Origin: an uncultured Planctomycetaceae bacterium
GTDB lineage: Bacteria > Planctomycetota > Planctomycetia > Planctomycetales > Planctomycetaceae
DNA: 64,000 nucleotides
Direction: 5' to 3'
Assembly (NCBI GenBank): GCA_963815195.1
Contig: CAWFGE010000021.1
Location: forward strand, 96,001 to 160,000
Positions 1 to 11,659 of this stretch are shown here, piece after piece. How positions within the stretch are numbered: position 1 is the stretch's first letter; each line of letters starts with the position of its first letter. A program made the position numbers and the translations under genes. Under the pieces are notes generated by a model, which saw nothing but the letters and a program-made list of their open reading frames with translations, searched no databases and had not been told where the DNA came from.

Positions 1-143
1 CCACCGCCCGCTGCCTGAAGGACTGGCAATCTCGGAAATAAATCAAGTCGCGGACCGTTGAGTTTGTTCGCAGTCGCATAAAAAAGGCTTGCAGAATCGG
101 GCTTGCCTTGTTGCAATCTTTCTTACGGGCACGCAATGAAAAT

Positions 144-176
144 GGTCCGCACAGCGGACCGCACAGCGGACCCTAC
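144..176 (-). repeat. GTAG-type REP-like palindrome with an internal 12-bp tandem duplication
   Basis: GGTCCGCACAGCGGACC hairpin at 144-160. GCACAGCGGACC is duplicated (149-160, 161-172) and followed by CTAC, so the minus strand reads GTAGGGTCCGCTGTGC... Confidence 0.6.
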
Positions 177-198
177 TTCGCTGAGCGAGATTCGATGA

Positions 199-1056
199 AT
201 GACCAACCCAAACGCAAAAACGCTGCAAATCTTCCTGCCCACGGGCGAACCTCGTGGGATCAGAATCGCCGAACTCACGACCCGAATCGTACAGGCCGTG
301 TTGATTCCCCGCAGCGATCTAGCCACGGCGAAAGCCCGCCCTGAACTCGATCATTTGTCCGTGTATTTCCTCTTTGGCGACTCCGAGGAAGCAGCCAAGC
401 CTATTGTCTACGTCGGCCAGACTGAGGATGTACGCAAACGACTTGACTACCACAACAGCACGAAGGATTTCTGGCAGACCGCCGTCCTCGTGATTTCCAA
501 GACACACAGCTTCACCCAGGCCCACATCAGATACTTGGAATACTACTGCGTTAAAAAGGCCAAGGAGATCGGCCGCTACGCCCTCAACAACGATCAGATT
601 CCCTCAAAGCCGTTCGTCCCTGAGCCGATGGAAGCCGATCTTCTCGACGGATTTGAGACGCTCGCAACTCTCCTCGCTACGCTGGGCTATCCCGTCTTCG
701 AGCCGATCATCAAGAACGATGCTGCTGAACAGTTCTATTTGAAGGGCAAAGACGCCGAAGCTGTTGGCGAGTTGGTCGAAGATGGTTTCGTAGTCAGGGC
801 CGGTGCCATTGCCCGGATTGAAGTTGTCCCTTCTGCCCAAGACACAGTTCCCTCAATGCGGAAAAAGCTCGTCGAGAGCGGCGTTCTGGTGCAGGAAGAC
901 GGGCATCTTCGGTTCACCCAGGATTATCTCTTCAATACGCCGAGCGGTGCCGCTGCTGTGGTCCTGGGGCGGACATCGAACGGCTGGGTGGATTGGAAGA
1001 ACAAAGACGGCATGACACTCAACGAGGTTAAGCGGGCCGAAACGGTTGAGGAATGA
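199..1056 (+). CDS. GIY-YIG nuclease family protein with C-terminal DUF4357-like domain
   Basis: 285 aa. SVYFL...VYVGQTEDVRKRLDYH GIY-YIG-like core, a YLE motif, and a C-terminal FTQDYLFNTPSGAAAVVLGRTSNGWVDWK motif typical of DUF4357. Confidence 0.85.
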   Translation: MTNPNAKTLQIFLPTGEPRGIRIAELTTRIVQAVLIPRSDLATAKARPELDHLSVYFLFGDSEEAAKPIVYVGQTEDVRKRLDYHNSTKDFWQTAVLVISKTHSFTQAHIRYLEYYCVKKAKEIGRYALNNDQIPSKPFVPEPMEADLLDGFETLATLLATLGYPVFEPIIKNDAAEQFYLKGKDAEAVGELVEDGFVVRAGAIARIEVVPSAQDTVPSMRKKLVESGVLVQEDGHLRFTQDYLFNTPSGAAAVVLGRTSNGWVDWKNKDGMTLNEVKRAETVEE

Positions 1057-1233
1057 GGCAAGCATCCAATTGCAGCAGGCCGACACCGCCGAGATAACAA
1101 ACGAGGATAGAACCGATGGCGATCTCCAAGCAAGACAAGCACGAATTGGACCAGTGCCATAGCGACTGGTGTGAATAAAAGGTATTGGGCTCCTGCTACT
1201 GGCTCTTGCCTCGTTGTCAGACACCCCCGCCAA

Positions 1234-1923
1234 TTATGTATAGGCCTTGGATCTTGCTTTGGATTGCGAGGCGGCAAATAGCAGACACAGCGCACCTAGG
1301 GATAGCAGCAACAGGCCGGAGGGTTCGGGGACCGTTTGAGTGATTGTGACCGTGCCCGGCGTGCTGTCGAAAGGCAATGACTCAAATGTGAAGTTGTTAA
1401 ATGAACTGTCAAGAAACACTGTGTTGTCTGAGGAAATCAGGCTGATTGTGAATTGATCGCCCGCCACGGGAGGCAGAGACGTTACCGTAGTGACGTCGAG
1501 ACGTGCGAGCAGTTTGGGGTCGCTGACCGACACGTCGGCACCCGACAAGGTCGCGTCGCCGCCGATGAAGGTGTCATGGGGCACAACAGGAGAGCTAACC
1601 GCTCCCACAGGCGCAGAAAAGAACGCGTCAGCGCTATCGCCGGAGAACACATAACTCGAATCGGTCAGTTGGGGGTCGGGTTGGGGGTCGACGAATTCAA
1701 GCCGTGTGGCACCCAACGTGTCGATGCGGAACTCGAAGTTGTAGGCGCTAAGATTCATGGGGCTGCCGCTGTCGCTTTGGATCATCACATCCACGAACCC
1801 GCTGCCACCTGGCTGGAGATCGAGGTCGCTGACTGAGACAATAAAGCCGGCTTGAGTCGGGACGTTGAAGCCGCAGACCAAAGTCACCATATATAGAAGG
1901 GTAGTGGACCAACGCAGTTGCAT
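1234..1923 (-). CDS. PEP-CTERM sorting-domain protein with cohesin-like beta-sandwich domain
   Basis: Signal peptide ending TQA-GF. C-terminal VPEPSGLLLLSLGALCLL plus a basic tail. The body follows a cohesin-like pattern (VSVSDLDLQPGGSGFVDVMI...AYNFEF...LLARLDV...GDQFTISL...GTVTIT). GGAG RBS lies upstream; the start could be TTG at 1929. Confidence 0.8.
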   Translation of the reverse strand: MQLRWSTTLLYMVTLVCGFNVPTQAGFIVSVSDLDLQPGGSGFVDVMIQSDSGSPMNLSAYNFEFRIDTLGATRLEFVDPQPDPQLTDSSYVFSGDSADAFFSAPVGAVSSPVVPHDTFIGGDATLSGADVSVSDPKLLARLDVTTVTSLPPVAGDQFTISLISSDNTVFLDSSFNNFTFESLPFDSTPGTVTITQTVPEPSGLLLLSLGALCLLFAASQSKARSKAYT

Positions 1924-1981
1924 CTTCAATTCTCCAAGGCGGGTTTGTCAAAAAGCGAATAATTCCGGTAAGGCATCACGT

Positions 1982-4900
1982 TCAATCGTCCAGCAAGAGG
2001 GCACTGTTGATGCTGCGTCCCAAAGCGCGGAACGTATACAGCCGATCGAGAATGTTGATCAGTCCATCGCCGTTGATATCCGCATCCAACGCGGGGCCGC
2101 TTTGTCCGTAGGCGGCGTTGATATTGGTCAGGTCGATGCTGTTGACGGTCCGATCGCCGTTGGTGTCTCCGAACAGGCGATAGAAGTTGAGATTCGTGTC
2201 CGGCGTGAGGTTGCCGTCGAGGTCAAGCGTGAGGCCATAATAACCATCCCCCACGTTGGAGTTGGGGTTCCCGCCGATGCCGGCCGCGCCGAAGTCGATC
2301 TGAATCGTCTGGCCGACGATCTGGATCATGGAGGAAGTCAGCGTCCGGGCCGTGCCGTTTCCACCGTTGAGGTCGAACTGCGTCAACTGGATGCGGTCGT
2401 TGGACGCGTCGGCGTCCGTCAGGCTATCGACAATCTCTTGCAGGCCGGTTGCCGTGTTGAAGGTGATGTCCAGATAGCGGACGTAGGATCGCTGCAAGGC
2501 CCCTTTCTGCACGTCGAAACTCACGACCTCAAGCGTTTGGGGAGCGGCAAACGTGGTGCTCACGAGCACGTCGGCGGGTGCCGAGGGAGCGGCTTCCACA
2601 TTCGTGTTGCCGTCAATACCCACCGTGTAGAAGCGGTAGGAATGCGAGTTTCCGTCCGCAATGGCTTGGTAGGTCAGCATGCCGGAATAATTCGCCACTC
2701 CGCCCGTGTTGACGGTGGCGACGTTCTGTGCCGCGCCCCCGTCAATCGACACGAACACATCGATAAAGGCCAGCTTGCTTCCGCCGGAATCGCTTCCGGA
2801 AAAGTTCACCGAGAAAGTCGCGGTCGCCGCGTCGACGGAGTCCACCTGTGTGAGTGGGAGGTCCAAGTCGGGCACGTAGGTACTGGCTTCGACGGCCGTG
2901 GGCTTGGTCTCGACATTGCCCGCCAAATCGCGAGCGAAACTCTGGAAGGCGTATGTGTGATTACTCTGAGCAGTAAAGAGAGAAACGGGGTTGCCGGCCG
3001 GCAGAGTAGCCCAGAGCGTATAAGCCCCGCCATCAACCGAGACGTAGACGTCGAACGCTGATAGCCCCGAAGGCGTCCCGCCGGTAAGAACCGGGTCGCT
3101 GCCGGTGACGCTCACGTCGAACGTGAGGCTGGTCGCCCGGCGAGGCAAAGCGTTGACTTGGCTGAGGGGGGCGATCGTATCCATCAACCACGAGTCCGAG
3201 GCCGACCCAAACCCGGCGTTGCCCGCCAAATCCGTGATACCCGTCCCGTCGACCGTCAACGTGTACGTCCCATTGGCCCCCGTGAGGATTTCCAAACCGC
3301 CGATGGTGACGAGGTTGGAATCACCAATCGAGGGTGTGAACGTCAGAGGCCCGGTTAAGAACTGATCGACGCCGTTCAGTGCAAGCGTGAGGTCGTCCGC
3401 GTCCAACGTGGCCACGTCGATCGGTTCGGAAAACAAAACCTCGACCGCCGAAACGCCGACATTCCGTGGATCGGGCGATATATCGAGGATGTCCAGCACC
3501 TGGGGCGGCGTGTCGTCGACAGCGACCGAGGCCGAGAACTCCGACGTATTTCCGGCGGCATCCGTGGCGGTGGCGGTGATCCATTCACCGGAACTGGTCG
3601 CGGCGGAGAGATCGATGGTGAAGTCCGAGTGACCGGCGGCATCGGTGACGATGATGGTTGAACCCAGGTACCGCTGGCCTTCCCCATCACCGCTCGGATC
3701 GGGGACGGAATTGGCATAGAATTCGATAAGGAACCCGCTATCGGGGGTGCTATCGAGGGCCCCCGCGGCATGAGTCGTCGCTCCCGGCCTGGCTGCGAGG
3801 ATCACCGGGAAGTTCTGCAGATCATTCGGCCCCGCGTCGGCGTCATCGGAATCGTTCGCCGTCACGCCATCGCTATCCAGGTCGATGCCCAGTCCGCCGT
3901 TGGAGTGGATCGAATTGCCCCGGATGCTGTTGCCGGTGGTGGTGGCCCCTGTGACTGCAACGCCGGAGAGGGTGTTAAAGGCGATTGTGTTGCCTTCCGC
4001 CGCGTCGCCGACAGCATCGCCGTTCGTGCCGATGACATTGTTCGCGGCCCCGGTTCTGATGCGCACGCCGGTCCCGTTCCCCAAGGCCAGCGTGCCGGTC
4101 ACGTCCGTGCCGATGAAGTTGCCGGCCACCAGGTTTTCTTCAGTGCCGCCATTCCCAAGTAGCACTCCTTCCGAAGTGTTTCCCGAGATGATGTTCCGCT
4201 CGGCTTGATCGTTTATTCCATCGCCGTTGGTGCCCACTCGGTTAAACTTGGGACCGCCTCCGCCGGCTCCCCCGACACCAATGGTCACACCGGCTCCGTT
4301 GGCGACCGCAGCCGTCCCGGTAGCGTCGGTGCCGATAAAGTTTCCGGCAATGACGTTGAAATTCGTGCCGGTCCCTTGCAAGTTCACGCTCCAAAGGACA
4401 TGGCCGGAGATCACGTTGCGTTCCTCAGCGTCGGCAATCCCGTTTGCGTCCGTTCCGATTCGATTGAATTGCGCTCCCCCGCCGATGCCAATATTGATCG
4501 TGGTCGAGGGACCATTGCCAAACGCCACACTGCCGGTGACATCGGTTCCAATAAAGTTTCCTGCCACAACGTTGGAGTCGCTTCCGTTGATACCGATGCC
4601 TCCGCCTTCATTTGCGGAGATGATGTTTCGCTCGTTTTCATTGTAGAGATCGTTGCTGCCATTGGTGCCAATGAGGTTTGACTGCGCCCCGCTGCTGATT
4701 CTGACACCTACCCCGCTGTTGCTCAGTGCGAGCGTGCCTGTCACGTCCGTGCCGATGAAGTTGCCCGCCACCACATTCTCATCGGTGCCGGCTCCCGTGA
4801 TCTCCACCCCATGCGAGAGATTCGCGGAAATCAAATTGCGCTCGGCGGCATCAGCCAAGCCGTCGCCGTTCGTCCCAACGCGATTGTCCTTGGCCCCGCC

Positions 4901-7900
4901 GCGAATCCGCACGCCGCGCACATTGCCTATGGCAATGGTTCCTGTGACATCCGTACCAAGAAAGTTCCCGGCGATCACGTTCGACGCAGCGCCATCGATT
5001 TCGACCCCCGCATTCGCATTTCCCGAGATGACGTTTCGCTCGGCAGCATCGGCAACGCCATCACCATTGGTGCCGACGAGGTTATTCGAGGCTCCCCCTG
5101 TAATCTTGACTCCGAAGTTCGCGTTCCCAAGGTCGGCCGTGCCCGTAATATCCGTGCCGATGAAGTTTCCGGCCACGATGTTGTCGTTTGCGGTCGTACC
5201 CAGGATATCGACGCCCGAATAAGCATTTCCCGAAATGACGTTTCGCTCGGCGGCATCCGCCACGCCGTCGCCGTTGGTGCCGATACGGTTAAAAGCCCCA
5301 GCGGAAATGACGACGCCAAACCCATTTCCCAGTGCCGCGCTGCCGGTCACGTCCGTGCCAATGAAGTTCCCCGCGACGATGTTGCGATCCGTGCCGGCGT
5401 TCTCAATGAGCACGCCATCTTCTCCAACGTTGGCAGCGATGATGTTCCTTTCGGCGGCATCCGCCACGCCGTCGCCGTCTGTTCCAATCACATTGAATTG
5501 CGCTCCGCCCGAGACCGCCACGCCGCTAAAGCTGTTTCCCAGGGCGAGAGTCCCGCTGGCGTCCGTGCCGATGTAGTTGCCGGCCACGACGTTGGCATCG
5601 GTGCCCGACACCCTGAATCCGCAGTCCGCTTCCCGCGTTCCCGGAAATCACATTTCGCTCTGCGGCATCGCCAAGGCCGTCGCCGTTCGTGCCGACAAGA
5701 TTCGACGAGGCACCGCCGATGATATGCACGCCCAGCGACGCATTGCCCAAAGCCGCCGTGCCCGTCACGTCGGTGCCGATGAAGTTCCCGGCGATGACGT
5801 TTTGAGTTGCTCCGGCACTGGAGATTCTCACCCCTTCATTCAGGTTTCCGGAAATGACATTCCGCTCGGCGTTGTCGGCGACGCCGTCGCCGTTGGTGCC
5901 GATAAGATTGTTTGGCGCATTATTAATCAATACTCCGTAACTGGAGTTCCCTAAGGCGACCATCCCGGTCACATCGGTGCCGATATAGTTCCCGGCGACG
6001 ACGTTGTTGGATCGTAGCTTGTTCTGCCAATGTCAACGCCGTGGCGATCGTTTCCTGAAATAATGTTTCGCTCGTCGGTGTCAGCGATGCCGTCGCCGTT
6101 GGTGCCGATGCGATTGCTTTGCGCTCCCTGCCAGATAAGGATGCCGTCGAATTGGTTTCCAAGATCGGCTAAGCCGGTCACGTCGGTGCCGATGAAGTTG
6201 CCGGCCACGACATTCTGGTCGCTGCCGGAACTCACGATCTCCACGCCGTGCAGTTGGTTCCCCGAAATCACGTTGCGCTCGGCGGCGTCCGCCACGCCAT
6301 CGCCGTTGGTCCCGATGAGGTTGGATTGAGCCCCGGTCTGGATGAGCACGCCGTTCGCCCCGTTGCCGAGCGCGGCGGTTCCGGTCACGTCCGTGCCGAT
6401 ATTGTTCCCGGCAACGGTATTGTTGTCGGTGCCGCTCGCAGAAATGACGACACCATAGCTGGCGTTTCCCGAAATGATATTTCGCTCGGCGTCATCATGT
6501 GCACCGTCACCGTTGGTGCCAATGAGGTTCCTCGCAGCCCCGGCGTTGATCGACACTCCCGGTCCACCGTTGCCCAGGGCATTCCTGCCGGTAACGTCAG
6601 TTCCTGCGTAGTTGCCAGCGACAATGTTCTGTTCGGTTCCCGCACCGTATAGAGACACTCCGTCCAAAGCATTTCCGGAAATCACGTTTCGCTCGGCGGC
6701 GTCGGCCACACCGTCGCTATCCGTGCCGATCAGGTTATTCTTCGCCCCAAAGCGGACCTCGACGCCATGCACGCCGTTCGCGACGGCGATCGTCCCCAAG
6801 GCGTCAGTCCCGACAAAGTTGCCGGCGACGATATTTCCGGTCGGTGCCGGCATCAGTGATCACGATGCCTCGCGCCACATTACCGGAGACGATGTTTCGC
6901 TCCGCGGCATCGGCCAGACCGTCTCCGTTCGTGCCGATGCGATTGCCTTGTGCACCAGCCTCGATAATAACCCCCGGCGCGACAAACTGTCCCGGCGTCC
7001 CATTGCCAAGAGCATTTCCCCCAGTGACATCGACGCCGATGTAGTTCCCGGCGATGACGTTGCTGTCCGTCCCTGCGCCATTGATGTCGATCCCTGCCAC
7101 CGCGTTTCCGGAGATGACGTTGCGCTCGGCGACATCACCGACACCGTCGCCATTGGTGCCGATGAAATTGTTCGTGGCCCCATTCGTTATCAATACTCCA
7201 TTCTTGCTATTCCCCAATGGCGCCCGTCCCGGTCGCATCAGTGCCGATGAAATTGCCCGCGACGACATTGTTGGTGGTGCCCGCGCTGAGGATGTCCACG
7301 CCGTGGCGATTGTTTCCTGAGATAATGTTGCGTTCCTCGGCATCACCAACCCCGTCGCCGTTGGTGCCGACGCGATTGCCTTGCGCCCCTTGCCAGACGA
7401 CCACGCCGTCGTATCGATTTCCAAGATCAGCCATGCCGGTGACGTCGGTGCCGATGTAATTGCCGGCCACCACATTATTGATCGTGCCTGCTCTGAGGAT
7501 GTCCACGCCGTGCCGATTGTTTCCTGAGATAATGTTGCGTTCCTCGGTGTCAGCGACTCCGTCGCCGTTGGTGCCGATAAGATTGCCTTGCATCCTTGCC
7601 AGACGACCACTCCATCGTAGGTGTTTCCAAGATCGGCCGTGCCGGTGATGTCAGTGCCGATGAAGTTTCCGGCCACCACATTCGCGTCACTACCCGCGTT
7701 GACAATCTCGACGCCATGCAAGCCATTCCCGGAAATGACATTCCGTTCGACAGTATCCGCCACACCGTCGCCGTTGGTGCCGATGACATTGTTCGCGGAC
7801 CCACCGGTAATTAAGACTCCGTCACCCATGTTCCCCAGTGCGACGGTGCCGGTGACGTCGGTCCCGATGAAGTTGCCCGCGATTGTGAATTGCCCCGCGG

Positions 7901-10762
7901 AGCCAACGATCTGTATGCCATCACGTCCGTTGCCGGAAATCAGATTTCCTTCGCTGACATCATTGATTCCGTCGCCATCGGTTCCAATAACGTTTAATAC
8001 GCCCCACTGTCGGAAAGCACTCCGTCATAGACATTACCAAGGGCGGCGGTACCGGTGAGGTCGGTGCCGATGAAGTTTCCTTGCACAAGCGTTCCCGTGG
8101 CACTCGATCCAATACCGACACCGTAGGCGTTGCCCGAACTGACATTCCGGTCCGCAGCCGAGGAACCGCCGATGATGTTCCCAAGCCCATTGGTGATCGA
8201 AATCCCCGTGTCCGCATTGCCCAGCGCGAATGTACCGGTCACATCGGTTCCGACAAAGTTCCCCGCGATGACATTGTGGTCCGATCCTGTGCTTTGAATT
8301 AGTACGCCACGATATCCGTTCCCCGAAATGATGTTGCGGCTCCGCCTCGTCTCCCACGCCGTCTCCGTTGGTACCAATGAGGTTGGACTGGGCCCCGGTC
8401 TGGATGAGCACGCCGCTCTCCCCGTTGCCGAGCGCGGCGGTTCCGGTCACGTCCGTGCCGATATAGTTGCCGGCGACGATGTTATAGGAGGTGCCCGTGT
8501 CGAGGATGTCCACGCCGTTTTGATCGTTTCCGGAGATGAGATTGCGTTCCTCGGCATCACCAACCCCGTCGCCGTTGCTGCCGACCCGATTATTCTGGGC
8601 ACCCATACCGATGAATACTCCATCCCCGGCATTGCCTACGCGAGTGTCCCGGTGGCGTCGGTGCCGATATAGTTTCCGGCCACGATGTTCCGATCGGTTC
8701 CCGCTCCTCCAATCGCGACTCCGATCGCCAGATTGCCGGAGATGACGTTGTGCTCGACGTCATCATGATTGCCGTCGCCGTTTGTTCCTATGCGATTGTC
8801 TGTCGCACCTGAGCCATTGGAGCCGCCAGCGTCGATCGCAACACCAGGACCGGTATTCCCCAGGGCAAACGTTCCGGTCGCATCCGTGCCAATATAGTTT
8901 CCAGCGACGACATTGTTGCTGGTTCCGAGGTTCTTTATGCCGATACCCCGGCCGAAGTTCCCCGAAATGACGTTGCGTTCCTGGATGTCGTCCACACCGT
9001 CGGCGTTGGTTCCAATCAGGTTAAAACTCGCTCCAGCTTCTACGTTGATTCCTGGGTTCACTCCGCTCCCGTTTCCCTGCCCGATGGTTCCCGTGGCGTC
9101 CAGGCCGACATAGTTGCCAGCAATCCAGTTATTGTTGCCCAGAATCTTGATGCCCACCAGGGGAAACTGGTTAATGGTCAAGCCGAAAACGGCATTGTTG
9201 TCCGACGTGATCACAAGACCATTCCCTCCGTTGCGCAGGCTTCCATCGAGAATGATTTCCGGCCCGAACGGATTCGTGTCGCCGGTGAATGCGGTTTGCG
9301 TCCGTCCGGCAATGGTGGTCCCGCCGTTGGGGTCGTTCAGCGCCGGCAGGTCGGTGAGTGGTTGGATCAAAAAGGCATCGGGAGCCGCGTCCCCGCCAGC
9401 CAGGCCGGAATCGACATCCACGAAATTTGCATCGGTGGTGGGGATGTTAAAGACGATTTCCGAATCGCCCGGGGCGGTGTTGGCATCTGTAATCGCCTGC
9501 CGCAGCGAACCGGCGCCGCTGTCGTTGGTGTTAGTGACCACGAACGAACTGGGCTCGACCGTGACTGCAAGCGGCTCGTAGTTGAGATAGGCTGGCAGCG
9601 TCAGTCCGTCGGATGCCGTGTTGATGAACGTATCGATGACGCCACCCGTCAGACCGTCGTAGCGGAGCACCTCGTTAGAACTCAAGCTGGAGACATAGAA
9701 GTTGCCGTCCGGTCCGAACACCATGTCGATCGGAGCATTCAATCCCCCGCTGCCGGAAGGCACGAACACGTCCAGGAAGTCGCCGGTCGCGCCGTCGTAC
9801 CGCAGGACGGAATCGGTGGCCCGGCTGGCGACGTAGAGATTGCCGTCCGGCCCGAAGAGCAATCCCTCGGGAAAATCCAGCCCGCCGCTGCCGGGAGGAA
9901 CAAAACTACCGAGAGCAGCCCCGGTATCCCCGTCGAACCGTTCCACGCTGTCGGTGACCTCGCTGCTGACGTACAAATTCCCGTCCGGGCCGAAAATGAG
10001 TCCTCGCGGATCGTTCAGCCCGTTGCCGGAGGCAAAGACGTCGATGAAGGCACCCGTCGCGCCGTCGTAGCGTAAAACGTTGTCAGTGATCGCGCTGCTG
10101 ACGTACAGGTTGCGATCGGGGCCGAAGACAACGTCAAGCGAGCCATCGAGACCCCCGAGCCCGGCGGGGACGAACTCATCGATGAAGGCGCCGCTTTGGC
10201 CGTCGTAACGCAGGACGTCGTCGGCCGCATAACTGGCGACGTAGTAATTTCCGTCGGGACCGAATGCAGCGCCCACGGGATGGCGCAGCCCACCGCTCGT
10301 CGAGGGAACGAACACGTCGATCAACGCGCCGGTGTCCCCGTCGTAACGCAGCACGTTGTGCGAAGTGTAACCGGGAATGACCAGGTCGCCATCTGCGAAA
10401 AGCGCATCGAATGTGCCGGTCTCGTCTGTCGCAGCAGCGCGGATGACGTGCGTGCTGCCAGCGCCGTGGAAGGTGTGCTCTACGGAGGACGGGTTGCCGG
10501 GAACGTTTTGCAACGGCGTTCCGTCGCCCCAGTTGATGGTCCACTGGGAGATCGTGCCGGCATTCAGCGTGGAGAGTTCGAGAGTGTATGGAACCCCGTC
10601 CGTGGTAGACTCGGCACCGCTGATGGTCGCCACCGGGGCGCCCGACAGCAGTGTGCGATCCTCGAGCACTTCCGCGGCCGTTTGCGGACGATTCGAGCGG
10701 CGGGCGGCGGGGCGGCGACGGGATGGCGAGGCGAGCGATTTGAGCCAGGGGGCGAGGAGCAT
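1982..10762 (-). CDS. Giant (~2,900 aa) secreted surface protein: planctomycete N-terminal motif, PKD-like, NHL-type propeller, CSLREA-like motif, ~25 beta-helix repeats, Ig-like domains and C-terminal dockerin; interrupted by about 8 frameshifts
   Basis: Start MLLAPWLKSL...EVLEDRTLLS at 10762. WTINWGDG, repeated FGPDGNLYV, VTNTNDSGAGSLRQAI. GN(F/Y)IGTDxTG repeats continue across ORFs 8636-11233, 8034-8606, 7994-8377, 6804-7829, 7207-7593, 5969-6853, 5526-5972 and 1982-5611. Ends with GDTNGDRTVNSIDL...ADINGDGLINILD. Confidence 0.85.
4100..9120 (-). repeat. Intragenic tandem array of ~25 units of ~70 aa (~210 bp)
   Basis: Counted 25 GN(F/Y/N)(I/V/L/A)G(T/V/L)D motifs, most followed by IGTNGDGxxDxxERNxISGN. 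Confidence 0.85.
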
Positions 10763-11062
10763 CGGTGAGCCCTTTTCCGTCGGAATAAATGAAATTGGAA
10801 GTCTGAGTAGAGGGACCGAGGACAAATCGGGCAATCTGAGCCGATCGTGGGTCTTTTCCCTATGCGAAATTCCGGTTCCGAACCAGCCGGGAAAAATTTC
10901 TGAAATTCGCGGATTTGGAAAATTCCTGGTTTTCGCTTGATTTGGCTTCCCGCGCCGGCATAGTAGGAGGATTCCCGGCGGCGGCTGATGGGTTTGTTCG
11001 GCCGCATCCTTTTCCCAGCGTTCTCGTCCGGCAGCTTGCGCGGACCGGGTGGAGAAGCGTTT

Positions 11063-11659
11063 ATGGAGCACACGATTGCCGCCGCGCGTGACGGTTCCCG
11101 TGAAGCGCTGGGCCGACTGCTGGAGGACTGCCGGCAATACCTGCTGTTGATCGCCAGCCAGGAATTGCACGCGGACCTCCGGCCGAAGGTTGCCCCCTCG
11201 GACCTGGTTCAGGAGACGTTTCTCGATGCCCACCGGGATTTCCCCAAATTCGAGGGCCGGAGCGAAGACGATCTGCTAACGTGGCTGCGGCAGATTCTGC
11301 TCAATAACCTCCGCGATGCGACCCGCAAGTATCGGAAGCTCGCGAAGCGAAATGTGCACCGCGAGATCTCGCTTTCGGTGGGTGAGGGTTCGGCAGTCAT
11401 TGTCGTCAATCGACTTCCCGCGCCCAACGAGTCGCCCAGCTGGTTGGCGCGGCTGCGGGAGAAAAACCGCGAATTGCGCGAAGCGCTGGATCGTCTGAGC
11501 GACGACCACCGCTCGGTCATCATCGCCAGAAATCTCGAACTGCGGTCCTTCATTCAGATCGGCCGCGAGATGCAGCGTTCGCCGGACGCCGTGCGGAAGC
11601 TCTGGCTCCGGGCTTTGGAATCCTTGCAGCGGGAACTGAGGGAGTTCGATGAGCATTGA
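11063..11659 (+). CDS. ECF-type sigma-70 factor, planctomycete kinase-associated type
   Basis: AARDGSREALGRLL, PSDLVQETFL, WLRQILLNNL (region 2) and ALDRLSDDHRSVI...RSPDAVRKLWLRAL (region 4). GGAG precedes ATG 11063; an alternative start is 10988. Overlaps the kinase start. Confidence 0.9.
   Translation: MEHTIAAARDGSREALGRLLEDCRQYLLLIASQELHADLRPKVAPSDLVQETFLDAHRDFPKFEGRSEDDLLTWLRQILLNNLRDATRKYRKLAKRNVHREISLSVGEGSAVIVVNRLPAPNESPSWLARLREKNRELREALDRLSDDHRSVIIARNLELRSFIQIGREMQRSPDAVRKLWLRALESLQRELREFDEH

Noticed and set aside
1865..10940. Many long plus-strand ORFs opposite the giant gene
   Set aside because: Antisense shadows of GC-rich repetitive coding sequence, with no protein motifs.
10763..11233. 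157-aa N-terminal extension of ORF 8636-11233
   Set aside because: It overlaps the ECF gene on the other strand. The LEDRTLL-type N-terminus supports a start at 10762.
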